Positions 24,193 to 36,035 of a stretch of 64,000 nt of DNA are shown here, in pieces (position 1 is the first letter of the stretch; each line of letters opens with the position of its first letter). Source of the stretch: Klebsormidium nitens (taxonomy: Eukaryota > Plantae > Klebsormidiophyceae); the NCBI GenBank assembly GCA_000708835.1, contig DF237158.1:72999-136998 (forward strand), in the 5' to 3' direction. The translations under genes and the position numbers were made by a program. A model generated the notes under the pieces. It saw only the letters and a program-made list of their open reading frames with translations. It ran no database searches and was not told the DNA's origin.

Positions 24193-27100
24193 ATGGCGTC
24201 CGTTGATGGAAGCACTTTGAAATCTTGTCTCCGGGCGGCACGTGAAGCAATCAGCAAGCGAGAGTTCAAAGATGCGATCAGAGAGGCACGTGCAGCTTTA
24301 AAGCATGACAAGCGCAGCTATGATGCACTTCTTTACATTGGAAAGGCCGCTTTCTCCTTGGAGGAGTATGCACAGGCTGACGTTGCGTACCGGAAAGCGA
24401 TTGAAGTCAATGCCGCTGGTTTGCCAGCATGGCAGGTATGGTGTCGATGCATGTGCATCTACTTCTCGTGGGTCATCCTTCTATCTTGTCAACTCAGCTT
24501 CTTTGAAAGCCTTCCCCTCGCGTCAAGGTTCCGCAATGTCTACCAGCTTTGCAGCCCAATCTTCTACAGCATCACATGTCTCACGCCCGAGTTGCACTGC
24601 AATATGCATTTGTTTCCTGTCAGCTTGCGTGCTTCATGCGCTCTGCTCCTTCAAATGTAGGCAATCTGTCTTACCACCTCTATGCTTTCTAAGTCTCTGC
24701 ACCACCAGCATCAGATCAGCTGCTTATTTCATCAGCCTTACAGACCCTCCTTTCCCCCCCCTTCTCCTCTGGGTCAGCCTGTGTCTTCCCTTGCTGATGT
24801 GCCAGGGCCTGGCCGAGCTGCACGGAAGCACCGGGGACCATGAGAAGCTGGCGGAGGCGTGCGCCCACCTGGTGGAAGGCTGGGCCGCAGCGGGGCAGGC
24901 AGACAAGGTCAGCCATTTCCGCAGGAAGCTGGCGCAAGCACTGCTGGACCAGGGGAAGAGGGACGAGGCGCGCAGGCTGTGGAGGGAGGTCCTGACAGCT
25001 GCTAAGCAGGTATGGCATTGCACGCAGCCGCTCTCTAATTACTTCTATCGGAAGCATCTCTCCCAAGAGAGCCTACTGGACCTTCTCCCCAATTCTGATC
25101 TCCCTCATCCCGTTCATGTGCCACGGTAAAAGTCTCTACCAGTTGTTCTGAAAAGTGCACGAGTCCAAGAGGCGAGAAGGTTGGAGCCGCAGAGGGCCTT
25201 TGTAATACTGTCAAAGAGGGAAGCCATCATATTTGTCCCCGATACTGTTCAGTCTTGCAGTGGTGGCAACAATTCTGATAAGAGGAGGTGACAACTTCCT
25301 TGCAGGGCACTGAGGAGCGCACTGAGGCGCTCTGCGCCTTAGCTGAGCTTGAGATAGTGGAGCATGCAGAGTGGGTGGAGCGCGAGGTCCAGCAGCGGAG
25401 CAGCCGCCAGAAGAAGCTTGCCAAGCTGGCCGCCAAGTCAGGGCTTGCGGCGGAGGTAGGACCAGTGGACCTGGAAGCGATCAAGAGACAAGTTGAGGCT
25501 GACAGCGCTCCAGGTCTGGACAAGATCCTGGAAGTCATTGTAGGGGAGACAGCCTCGACAGCGCAGTATGCCAAGTACCATGTGTTGAACCTGCAGAGGG
25601 CACTGGCAAGGCTGCTGCAGGCACCGCCAGGTGGGCTGCTACATGACCCAGAGGTCGTCACTTGCTGTTTGCGAAATCCTCTGAGCTCACTGGCCTACTC
25701 CAATCGTAGGCAGGGAGAATTATGTGGAAAAGGTAGTCGGAAGGGCAAACTTATGAGGATGACATGGTCTTCTGATGTGGACCATGTTTGAGTCGCAACA
25801 AGGCGGAAGATGATGACGAAAGCATCTTGCAGATCCACCGGACTGTGAAATATTCGGTTCCTGCTGTTGTTTTCTTTGGTTGTATCGAGTAGACTTGGCC
25901 AATCTTCATTTCTCCACAGCCTACATCGTCTCTGTTTGCTCTGCAGGTAGCTTTGCAGAGCTCGAGAACCTTGTCCTGGCCCGCAGCCTACGCATGATTG
26001 CTGCCGGCACTTCGCTGGCGGAACCATTCCTGGTAGCGCTGGCCCTCTGCCAAGAAGATGCTGTTATGGACCTGCCCGCCTGGAAAGAGTTTGACCCTAA
26101 CCAGACTCGCGAACAGCTAGCCAGGCGCCTGGGGCTCATGTTCGTGCATGCTTTTCCGAACCACGGCCTGGGCTGGATTGCAACGTCGGCAAACCTTTAT
26201 GCCATCCAGCAAAGCAGGTACACATCTGTTCTTCTCAACTCTCCTTCGGTGTCCCAACGGCTCTGGTCTGATATTAGCCTGAGCGAGGTGGACCACTGGG
26301 CTGACTTTTTGACCCGATACGAAGGGGGTCAACAATGGAACAGCTCGCTGTTGCCTGTTGTCAACTTTCCTGATTTGTCTTGCTGATTTCAAGGAAAGTA
26401 TCAGGTCTGCTGGACTTGTATGCTTGAGGTTTTCCCTCAAAATGTTGACTCTCGTTGACGTGTCGTCGACCGCAGCGCTTGGATAAATCGAAGCGAGTTG
26501 CTGTGTGGTTGCAGCCCGTCTCCAGACCTGGATGCCGTCAAAGCGCACTGCCAGCTCGGCCTCAGGCTGGACCCCGACTCGCCCCACGGGTGAGAACCTC
26601 TGTTAACCTCTCTCCCCACGGAGAGAGCGTTCTTGGATGAAACCTTTGCACTTGAAGGAGTAGCCTCTCGAACCCGAATCGTTCAAAGGGCATGAGGTGC
26701 CATCTTAACTGCTTCTTTCCCTCAGTCGTTCTTTTGAACAATGGCCAACAGCGATCGGATCTTCGTTTCCCTTTACGCGACCCTGTCGTCAATGCCCATC
26801 TGTCGTCAATGACTTTCTGCAGGTGGCACGTTCTGGGGACGGTGCAGCTTGTCGAGGCGTCCGCCTCCGGGGCCCTCCAGTGCGTCCAGCGGGGCTTGGA
26901 AGCCGTGGCGAACCTGCGCGAGCGCTACGGGCTGCGCCTACGTCGTGCGGAGCTGCAGCTCCGGCTGCTGGAGAGCGCCGCGCTCGTCTCTGCCGGAAGG
27001 GCGGGCGACGCAGCGGAGCAGCTACAACTTGTAGAGGACGAGTGTGAGGTACAGCTGGAGGGGGCAGACCGGGACGAGGTGCGTCTGGCTGCCATTGAGG

Positions 27101-30100
27101 GGCAGGCACGGGCAGCGATGAGAGCAGCGGCAGAGGGGGCGCAGTTCGATCTGGCCCGGCTGGCGCTAGAGAGATTGCTGGCCGTGCAGCCGGATAACGC
27201 GTGGGCGTATGCACAGCTGGGGGATATCGCGCTGCGGGGCGATGACGCGGGGCCCGGCCTGGAGGAAGCACGCAGGAACTTCGAGAGAGCGGTCGAGCTG
27301 AAGCCCGAGGATGCCTCCTTCCACTTCAGCTTGGGGCAGGTGAGGCAGCTTTTTGGGACGTCTTCTGCTGTCAATTCTTGCCACAGCCAAACGTACTTTG
27401 GAAGGCTTCGAAGCATGAAAGCCGGGCTTACTTGTGAAACAGCAGTACCTCGTGTTTGAGGAAAATCTGTCGCATTGCTTCTGCTTCGAAACTTGTCGGA
27501 CAGCCGGGCCCATTGCGTGAGTGCGCATGGTTCTCATGCTGCGCCTGGAAGCCCGTGTGATCCTCCTCTCCTCCAAGCCTCCCCGTTTGTCCGTGTCAGA
27601 TCTACTGGCGGCTGGGCGGGCCGCTGAAGGAGGACCGCCAGTACGCGCATGCGCATTTCCTGGAGGCTGCGCGCCTCCAACCGGGCCTCGCTGGCGCGTT
27701 CACGTTCCTGGGTCGCTACTACCGCGAGGTACAAGCCGACGATCTGCGTGCGCGCCGCTGCTTCCAGAAGGCCGTGCAGCTGGACCCGGACGACCAGCAC
27801 GCGGGTAGGCCCCCAGCCGGCTGCCCATAGCCTTCCCTTTGAAAACGAAAGTTCTTCAAATAGGTTGTGCCTTCTTCCGCAGGGAGAGCTCTCAAGTACT
27901 TGGATAGGTATCTCGATGCCAAACACTTCTGGTCCTTGCTTGATTGTATCAAACAACATTTTCTCTCTGCCGCCAACGCTTCCGCCGCATGCGTGCCCGC
28001 CTCCGTGCAGGCACTGCTCTGGCCGACATGATGGCCGCCTCGGGCCAGCGCCGTGCGGAGGTGGCCATGTGCCGCGAGGCGTGCCAGCGCAGCCCGCGCG
28101 CGTACTGGGCGTGGCGGCGCGTGGGGTTCCTGGAGGCGCGGACTGGGCGGTGGCAGGAGGCGCTGGTCAATTTGCAGCACGCGCTGCGCGGGGACGCCAA
28201 GGACGGGCCGGCCTGGGAGGCGCTCGCGCTGGCGTACCAGAGGCTGGGCAAGTTCACCGCGGCGCTCAAGGCGTACGGCCAGGCCGAGAAGCTGGCAACA
28301 GCGGAGGGCAGGGTGCCCGTCTTCACGCTGCTGCAGGTGAGGAGGCAGAGAACAAACGGGGCAGAACGGCGCAGGAATCCGAGGCTGCCGAGCTCGTTGA
28401 GGATGCGGATTTTGCTTCCTCCCCTCGTGCAGGTCAACTTCTGTGGTCTCTCCTCTTCTAGATCAGCTTACAAGCTGTTTGAAACTCACAGGGTGCTGTC
28501 TGTTGCTTGCTTCCTGGGGGTGCAAGACGCCAGCCCAGTCTGAAAGTTGACTTCCATTCCATCCCCATCGACTCGCTGACCCGCGGTCCGCCATTTTGGC
28601 TCTGCCTGTGCAGGCTGCCAGCATCCAGCTGAGCCTCGCCAACTTCCGCAAGGCCAGCGACAAGTACGTGGCCGTGCTGCGGCGCGCGCCCACCCACGCG
28701 GCCGCGCTTGCTGGCCTGGCGTCCGCCTTGCTGGGCCAGGCGCGCCACTTCCAGCAGCAGGGCGCCGCGCAAGCTGCAGCGGACCTGCTGGTGGACGCGA
28801 GCAGGGCCGCGCAGCGGGGGGTCACCCTGCACGGGAACAGCCGCCCCCTCTGGAAGCTGCTGGGTGACATCGGCCTGGAGCTGGGCCTCGTGGCGCCCCC
28901 ACAAGAAGGCCACGTGTCCGAGGACGGCACGCCCTCAGCAGGCATGGCTCACGAGTTCCTGGGACGGCTGGAGGCTGCTCGCCGGGTGCGGCTCAGTGCT
29001 TTGCAGAAGAGCGCGCGTGCGTACCGGCACACCATCCACCTGAACCCGGGGGATGCCAGCGGCTGGGCGGACCTGGGCACGTGCCTCAATCACCGGGCGG
29101 ACTTTGCGCACCCAGCCAGCGAGGGAAAGCTGCGGCCGTTGCACTGGGGCTGGGGGACGGCGAAACTAGGAGCGGCGAGTGCTGTTGGAGCGCCGCTGGC
29201 GGACCAGGGGCTGCTGCTCAGGTGAGAAGGCGATGGGCCGCAAGAGGGCAAGTGCTGGAAGAGCACGAGGCGAGGGGAAACTTCTTGGCCTTGTTCAACA
29301 ACTTGCTTCAAAGCTGGTTCGCTGAAGCTATTGAGTCGCAGAGACCAGTACTGTAATGTCGGCGAGGGATGTTTTCCGTTTTGCTACCCGCTTTCCTGTC
29401 TTCGATGCCCGCTGTTTTCGTTTGTGCCACGGCTTTCTGTTTCTCGTCATGCACTCGGCTTCGTCTGCGGCAGCAGCAGCTGGTTGTGCGCCAGCGCATT
29501 AAGGCCCGTTCGCCGTGTCCGTGCAGGACGCTGGCTGAGCGGCTGGTGCTTGGCGGGCTGGCCCTGGACCCGACAGCCGGGGGTGTGTGGGCGACGCTGG
29601 GCGCAGTGGCGCAGGAGCGGGCCCTCCAGCAGCACGCGCTCATCCGGGCACTGCACATCAACCCCAAACTCAGTGCGGCCTGGATCAACCTCGGGCAGGT
29701 TAGTGCGCAATTTTGAGCAGTCGTGCTGCTTCTGGGGGGGCGAGAGTTCTGGCGGCAAGAGGCTAAAAGGCAGACGTTCGTCGATTGAGTACGAGCGTGC
29801 ATTCTGAGAGCGCCAAAACGTGGTCGTCTCTGGATGCAGGAGAGCCTTGGCAACACTTTTGGCCCCTGCATTGCTTCTGGATGTTCGTCAGTTTTGAAAG
29901 CTGTGTCTGGCGAGGAAGTATCTTCTTTCCATCCTCGCTGAGGTCGTCGGCTTTCTCTTTGAAAATTCGACATGCCGCAAGGCAAGGCTGGTCATTGATC
30001 TTCGAGCACAGCACGATATGCATTCTAACGGGGACCACTTACGGCTGGCTATATCTCACTCGACCCGCAGCTGTACCTGGCAGAAGGCGACTTTGCGCTG

Positions 30101-33100
30101 GCCCGCGCCACGTTCGACCAGGCGCGCAGCTGCGACCCCGTGCTGGCGGTCCCCTGGGCCTCCATGGCGTGCATGGAAGCAGCGGAGGCGCGCGACGCCA
30201 AGCAGCGGGAGGAGGCGCGGTCCACCGCGCGCCACGCTGTGCAAATGGGTCCCACCGCCACGGGGCAGCTCGGGTACGCGACGCTCGCGGCGGGGCTGGG
30301 CCAGCTGGGCAGCCCCGAGGTGTACATCGCGCTGAGGCAGGCCACGCTGCAGCTGCCGGCGGTGGCGGCGGTGCACAACCTGCTGGGGCTCGCGTGCGAG
30401 GCGCGGGGGCTGCTGCCGCAGGCGGTGGCCAGCCTGGAGAACGCGCGCGCAGTGGGGGCAGCGCAAGGGGCGGGGAAAGAGGAGGAAGAGGGCGTGGCGT
30501 TCAACCTGGCGCGGGTCCTGGCCAGGGCGGGGCGGCATGCGGAGGCGGTGCAAGAGTACGAGAAGTTGCAGAATGCGGGTGAGGGACGGACAGCTTCGGC
30601 TGCAGCAATACTGCGCTTCATCTTGTGAGCATCCAGACAAAGTGAGAGCCGTTTGGTTTCTCAGAATGAGGCTCAGCATCTCGTCACTTTCTGATGATCG
30701 CTTGCGCACCTGGAAAGGCGCCTCTGCTCCAGCAACGTCGTCAACGTCCGCGAGAAGTATGGTTCGAAGCTTGTGGGCCCGTTGCTGAGAGGTGCGTTGC
30801 TTGGCTTTGCCGCAGGAGCGATGCTCCAGGAGTCGTCTGCGCCTGCATGGCGGCAGTACGGCGTGTCCCTCTGGCGCACCGGCCGTACCGACGCTGCGAC
30901 CGCGGCGGTGCTGCAGGCCCTCCAGCTGGCACCGCCGCCGCTGCCTGACGAATCGCCTCCCAAGGCGCACACCGCAGCGCTATGCGCACTGGCGTGGATC
31001 CAGTACCAGGCAGCAGGGCCGGCCCAGGCGCTGCAGACGCTGCGGGAGAGCGTGCCCGAGTGCTGGCAGGACACGCAGGTGGGCACGCGGCAGGGGACGA
31101 TGCAAGGCGCCTCAAAATGGACGCGACAATGACCTACTGCTGGTACAGTGCAAAAGCCTCCGCAACGAAGAGCGTTTCTGGCTGTCCAACTGGCCTTCAT
31201 CTTGACTGTGCAGCTTGCCTTGCTAAAGGTTACGGTCGACGTCCACGAGCATCGGAGCATGTTTCTACTTTCCCCGCAGGTGGGCATGACGGCCCTGGCC
31301 CTGGCCACGCTGGCCCGCGACAACACGATGATCGCGTTCGCCATCAGCAAGTGCCCCGCCCTCTTTGAACACGGCTCCGCCCCCCGCAGCAACCAACTTC
31401 TCAGCTTAGCGCACAGGTGAGAGACGGCGAGATGTCCCAGGAAGACCCGACTATAGTGGTGGCTCTTGACGAAGAAACGAAGGGACGGTGCCAACTTGCA
31501 AGGACAATTATTAAGGAACTTTAGCCAAGGTCGCAGAATGTCTCTGGTGCATGCTGGGTTGACCGATGCTCTTACGTGAAGTGGTATCGAAGATGTTTGC
31601 AGATGTCTCTGCCGTGCAGAAGTGTGGGATGACAGTAGAGCGAATTAGAAAATATCAACGGCGGCCAAAGTCCTACCCGATCGATGCGTCCCTCGAAGAC
31701 ACGTCCTCTGATCGCTGCGCTTTTCGGAACAGAGTGGGATTCGAAGCTGTGCTGGATTCTTCTATGCAGGTTGCAGAAGAACCCTTCGCGCGCCCTCCTC
31801 CACCTGCGCACGGCTCTCCACTCTTCCCCCGACAGTCTCCGCCTCCGTGCCGCTCTCTCCGAGGCTCTGCGCCTGGACCGTCGCCCCGAGCAGGCCCGCC
31901 AGGTGGTGCAGGGAGCGACGCGCCCAGCGGCGGGCGGGTGGGGAAACTCCGACTCGGTGGAGGAACTAGGGGCGTGTGTGCAGGAGGCTGCCGAGGGCCT
32001 CTTCGCCCTGGGCTGGGCAGCAGAGCGGAGCGAGCAGAACGAACAGTTGTTTCGCGACCTGCAGCGGTGGGTCAAGCTCGATCCGGCGGCCCCCGGTGGC
32101 CGGGCGGTGCTGGCGCTTGCGGCTGCGCTGCGGGCGCAGGGCGGGGAGGGGCCCCAGAGCGGGCGGTGGGAGGCGGTGCACAGGCTCTGCGGGACGGCGC
32201 TGGAGGCGGAGAGGAGAACGACGGAGAGCAACCGTGAGGGAGCCGATGGGGAAACCCGTGTGGCGCTCTTGAGGACGCTGGACGCGGAGGCGTTGTGGCG
32301 TTCGCGGGTGAGAGCGGAGCGCGAGAAGGGCCGGCAGCAAGCACGGCTCCTGCTGGAGGGGGCGCGCGGACAGGAGGAGGAAGGACGCGCGCGCTTGCAC
32401 TTGGCGAGGAACCGGCGGACGGCGGGAGTGGAACTGGCGGGCGCGGTAGAGAGCGGGGGCAGCGTGCAAGAGCACCTCGCGCATGCAGCATCCCAGGTGG
32501 GGGCACACAGGCCGTGCCGCCGATCAGGAAGGTGGTTTGCGTCCGACGTCAGCCCTGCATTTGATACAGTTCATTGCTGCTGGTACAATGAGTCTTTCAG
32601 GGTGGCAGCGTATAATCCTCTCCTCGATTTGAGTGTTCAGTGTTAATTCATGCCTGTCTGAGCGGCATCAGCCTATTCGCAGGGGGCGAGCGGCCGCTAC
32701 GGAGACGCGCTTCAAACGCTCGAAGCTGCAGAACACGTGGCCGTTCTGTCGGGGCCCGAGCAGCGCTGCTGGGCGACGGCCGTGCGCGTGGCGCGCGCTG
32801 ATGTGCTGCTCAAGAGCGGCGACGCCGAGTCTGCGGCAGCCGTAGCGACGGACGCCGTCGAAGAGGAGCCGGACAACCCGCTCCTGCTGCTGCTGCAGGG
32901 TGAGGCATTGCGTACGAGGCGGGGTCGACTGGTGCCCGCGAACCTGGAGCAATCCTGGTATTGCCATGTCGTCGGTGAAATCTAGGTGTCAAACCCCGAG
33001 TAATTTATGCGGAAGTGCCCCGCCAATCGCTGAAGGAAGCTGTCTTTATTCTCTTATCAGGCGCGCTGCTGTCACTGGCGGCGGAGGGTGGTTCCGGCGC

Positions 33101-33673
33101 CGAGGCTGCAGCCGCTGCGCGACGCGCACTGTCGCGGGCGGTGCACCTGTTCAAGGGCGGCGGGCGGGGCAGCCCCTGGGCGCACTACCTGCTGGGCCAG
33201 GCGGAGCTGGCGGCCGGCGGCGGCAAAAAGGGCCGCGACAAGTGGGAGGCCGCCACGCTCACCGCCTGCCGCCAATGGCCTCACGGTAAGCTGCGAGCTT
33301 GAGTTAGAAAGTTGTGCAAGTCGTTCAGAGCATTTTGCGGTCTCAAGGAGGGTATCTTCTCCATGCTACAATGCCATTACGTCAAGTCCGACTGGATGTC
33401 AGTTCGTTCCAAGTGAAACGGCGCCAAACAAACGGCTCTGCTTCGACTGCTTGGATGCTCCTCACGTGAATGGCCTAACTGTGTGCAGAGGCCCCGCCGG
33501 CGGAGCTGCTGTTCCAGCTGGCGGAGCTGGCGGCCGCGTCGGAGCGCGTGGGCGGGGCCGGAGTGTGCCAGTACGCGGGCGCGGGGCCCCTGCTGGCCGC
33601 GGAGCAGTGGCGGCGCCGAGCGGTGCACGCGCACCCGGGCTTCAGCGCGTACTGGGCCAGCCTGCGGCACTGA
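24193..33673 (+). CDS. SKI3: Superkiller complex TPR subunit SKI3/TTC37
   Basis: Multi-exon TPR protein; first six exons checked for phase (24193-24435, 24806-25009, 25306-25630, 25947-26217, 26823-27339, ~27600-27804). N-terminus LKSCLRAAREAISKREFKDAIREARAALKHDKRSYDALLYIGKA...AYRKAIEVNAAGLPAWQGL. SKI3-typical AFTFLGRYYREVQADDLRARRCFQKAVQLDPDD and AWEALALAYQRLGKFTAALKAYG. C-terminal WRRRAVHAHPGFSAYWASLRH* (stop 33671-33673). Middle exon boundaries not all verified. Confidence 0.88.
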
Positions 33674-36035
33674 CGCGGGAGCCGCTATGGTGGACCAACT
33701 GGGGGCTGCGGTGGGCGCCAAAGTAAGGCAAACCTCTGACCTCTTGTAAACCCTGGTCAAGCGAAATGTAAATCGACTAGCCTCAATTCGATGTGCCAGT
33801 GTTCTTCCGGTGGTAGGCCTCGGCAGGTCCTTATCGTCCAAGTCCTTAATGCGTAGTCCATGATCCGCTTAAAGACGCAGTCCGGCTAGCTTAAGTTGTG
33901 TTGTGGAACCTTTGCGATCGAAAGGGTCCATTCCATAGGTTTATCACGCCTGCTCTTAGGGGCACTTCAGTAGGTTCCGCTGTTCGCCGGCTGGTCCTGA
34001 CTAAGGCCAATCTGCTGCTGCTTCAACTCCTGCTCGTCAGCAATGACCTGCTTTTGGGTCCACAGGCTTTTTTCCGTCTCTCGCCTTTCACAGATTTTGA
34101 CTTCCGTTTGATGACCCGTTTTCGTCGACCTTTCTGCAGTTTCTGATGGCCGAGCTCTTTGGAGCACGGACAGAGCAGCTTTGTGTTGGAAGGGAGGGTG
34201 GGAACTTACGAGATGAGGGGGGGAAGTCTGCACCTTTGGGGCGGGGAGAACGCAGGCCGTCGATTTTGGATACTTGTTCGAGCGAGATGCTCGAGGAGGT
34301 ACAACGCGCGAAGCGGAAACCCTTAGAGGCGCACAAGATTTCTTAGTTGACCACGGAAACGAGGGCGTCAACATTCAAAGCGATGGCGGCCTTATAATCG
34401 CGTTTGCGGGGTTTGAAAATGTGTCCGAAACGGACACGGCTGATGCGTAAGGGAGAGTCTGCATTTAGTGCGCGAAGGCGTGCCACATGGCAGCTTTGGA
34501 GCCGCCTTGAACCTCAAATGCTTCCTCGTGCCCATAAACGAGGACCGCTCTCTCGAAAATTTGCCAAATGCAACGCACGCGTGCCGACGATAGAGCCGAT
34601 AAGTCCGCCTTTGTGATCTTGTTGTGGGATTGCGAGCATAGCTTAGCACGATGGCCGAGCAGGGACTCATTAACCGAGGGTTCGACGGTCCGGTCAGATA
34701 GAACGCAGGTGGATGCTCAGACATGGACACAACAGTTCCAGACGGTCCCGTCGAAGAAGCATCAGAGAGGAGAAAAAAGGTCTAGTAAGTCAAAACAGAG
34801 CCGCAAGTTAAGATAGCGGAGACAGCAGAGACAGCCACGCACAAGAAAGCGACGGAAGGAAGAAAGTCGAATAGTGCTTGTTTGAAAGACTTCAGTTTGA
34901 TGAATCAACGGGGTGCTTTTGCTGAGTCAGCTCTTCTTGATCAAGGTTTGTCTGTCGAGCAGGCAGCAGATTGTTAATTTCTTCCAACGAGGTTTGTGCA
35001 TTTCGAACCAATGTGACGGTTCGATCAGATGCGTCACTCAAGCTGTCGAAGGATACAAATATACACCCTTAATTCCTTATCATGCTATGCATCCGTATCA
35101 ATGCATGTAGAAATGAACTTGAAAGTGTGAGTATGAGTCGAGTTCGCCATTGAAGGCTTGTCGATCGCTATTTCGATCCGGACGATTGAAAGTTGCATAA
35201 GCTGATGATGCATGCCGATGTCTGTCACTCAGACTGCAGACGCGATAAGTATGCATGCCGTACGTGAAAGGTCAAGTCCGGTCTGTCGCCTATTTCGCTA
35301 TATAAGGCAATCGAAACATCGGAAAATGATGCAAATGTGAACGGGATGAACTTGTAGCCAGTGTTCCTTGTCACGGAAGGTTACTCGGGTCAACTGGCAA
35401 GGTACCAAACTGTTTGAAAACAATTAGCTTCCGCATTGAAATTTCCTCACCATGCTTTCAGACGCTAACTACATTTAAAGCAACGCGACTGCTAACCCTC
35501 TCCATGCTCGTCGACCTTACCGTAGACTGTACCTAGCTCAAAAAGCTCTTGATAGTTGATTGCGTCCCGAGGAACGCGACTAATGATCGAGCCCCTTCCT
35601 GCAACCCACCGGTAAATGGTGGTCGCCAAACCCTCTTGAATAGAGGGATACTATTCTAACATATGCTCGTATACTGGCTTTTAAAGTCTGCGTGAAGCAT
35701 TTCCTCTCGGTACGCTCTGGCCCCACAGCTATTACCAAGAAAATATACCTCTTACCTCTGAGGTTCCAAATTTCTTAATGTCGTCGACTCCTCAGTCACG
35801 CCTCTGAAAGCGACACAGCAAAAGCTCTCGTTGAGAACGAGCAGTCTTCTGTAAGGTACTACGTACTTCGTTCAATTTACCGACGGGTTGATAACTTCTC
35901 TAGACGCTATACTCCGGTATTGTCTTATGTTTTATCAAAGTTTCCTCTACGAGTGATATGAAGGCAAATGAAATCACAGTACCAGTCAATCACCACTGGG
36001 CGTGCCTTGGGGAACGGCTCGCTTGGAGGATTGAA

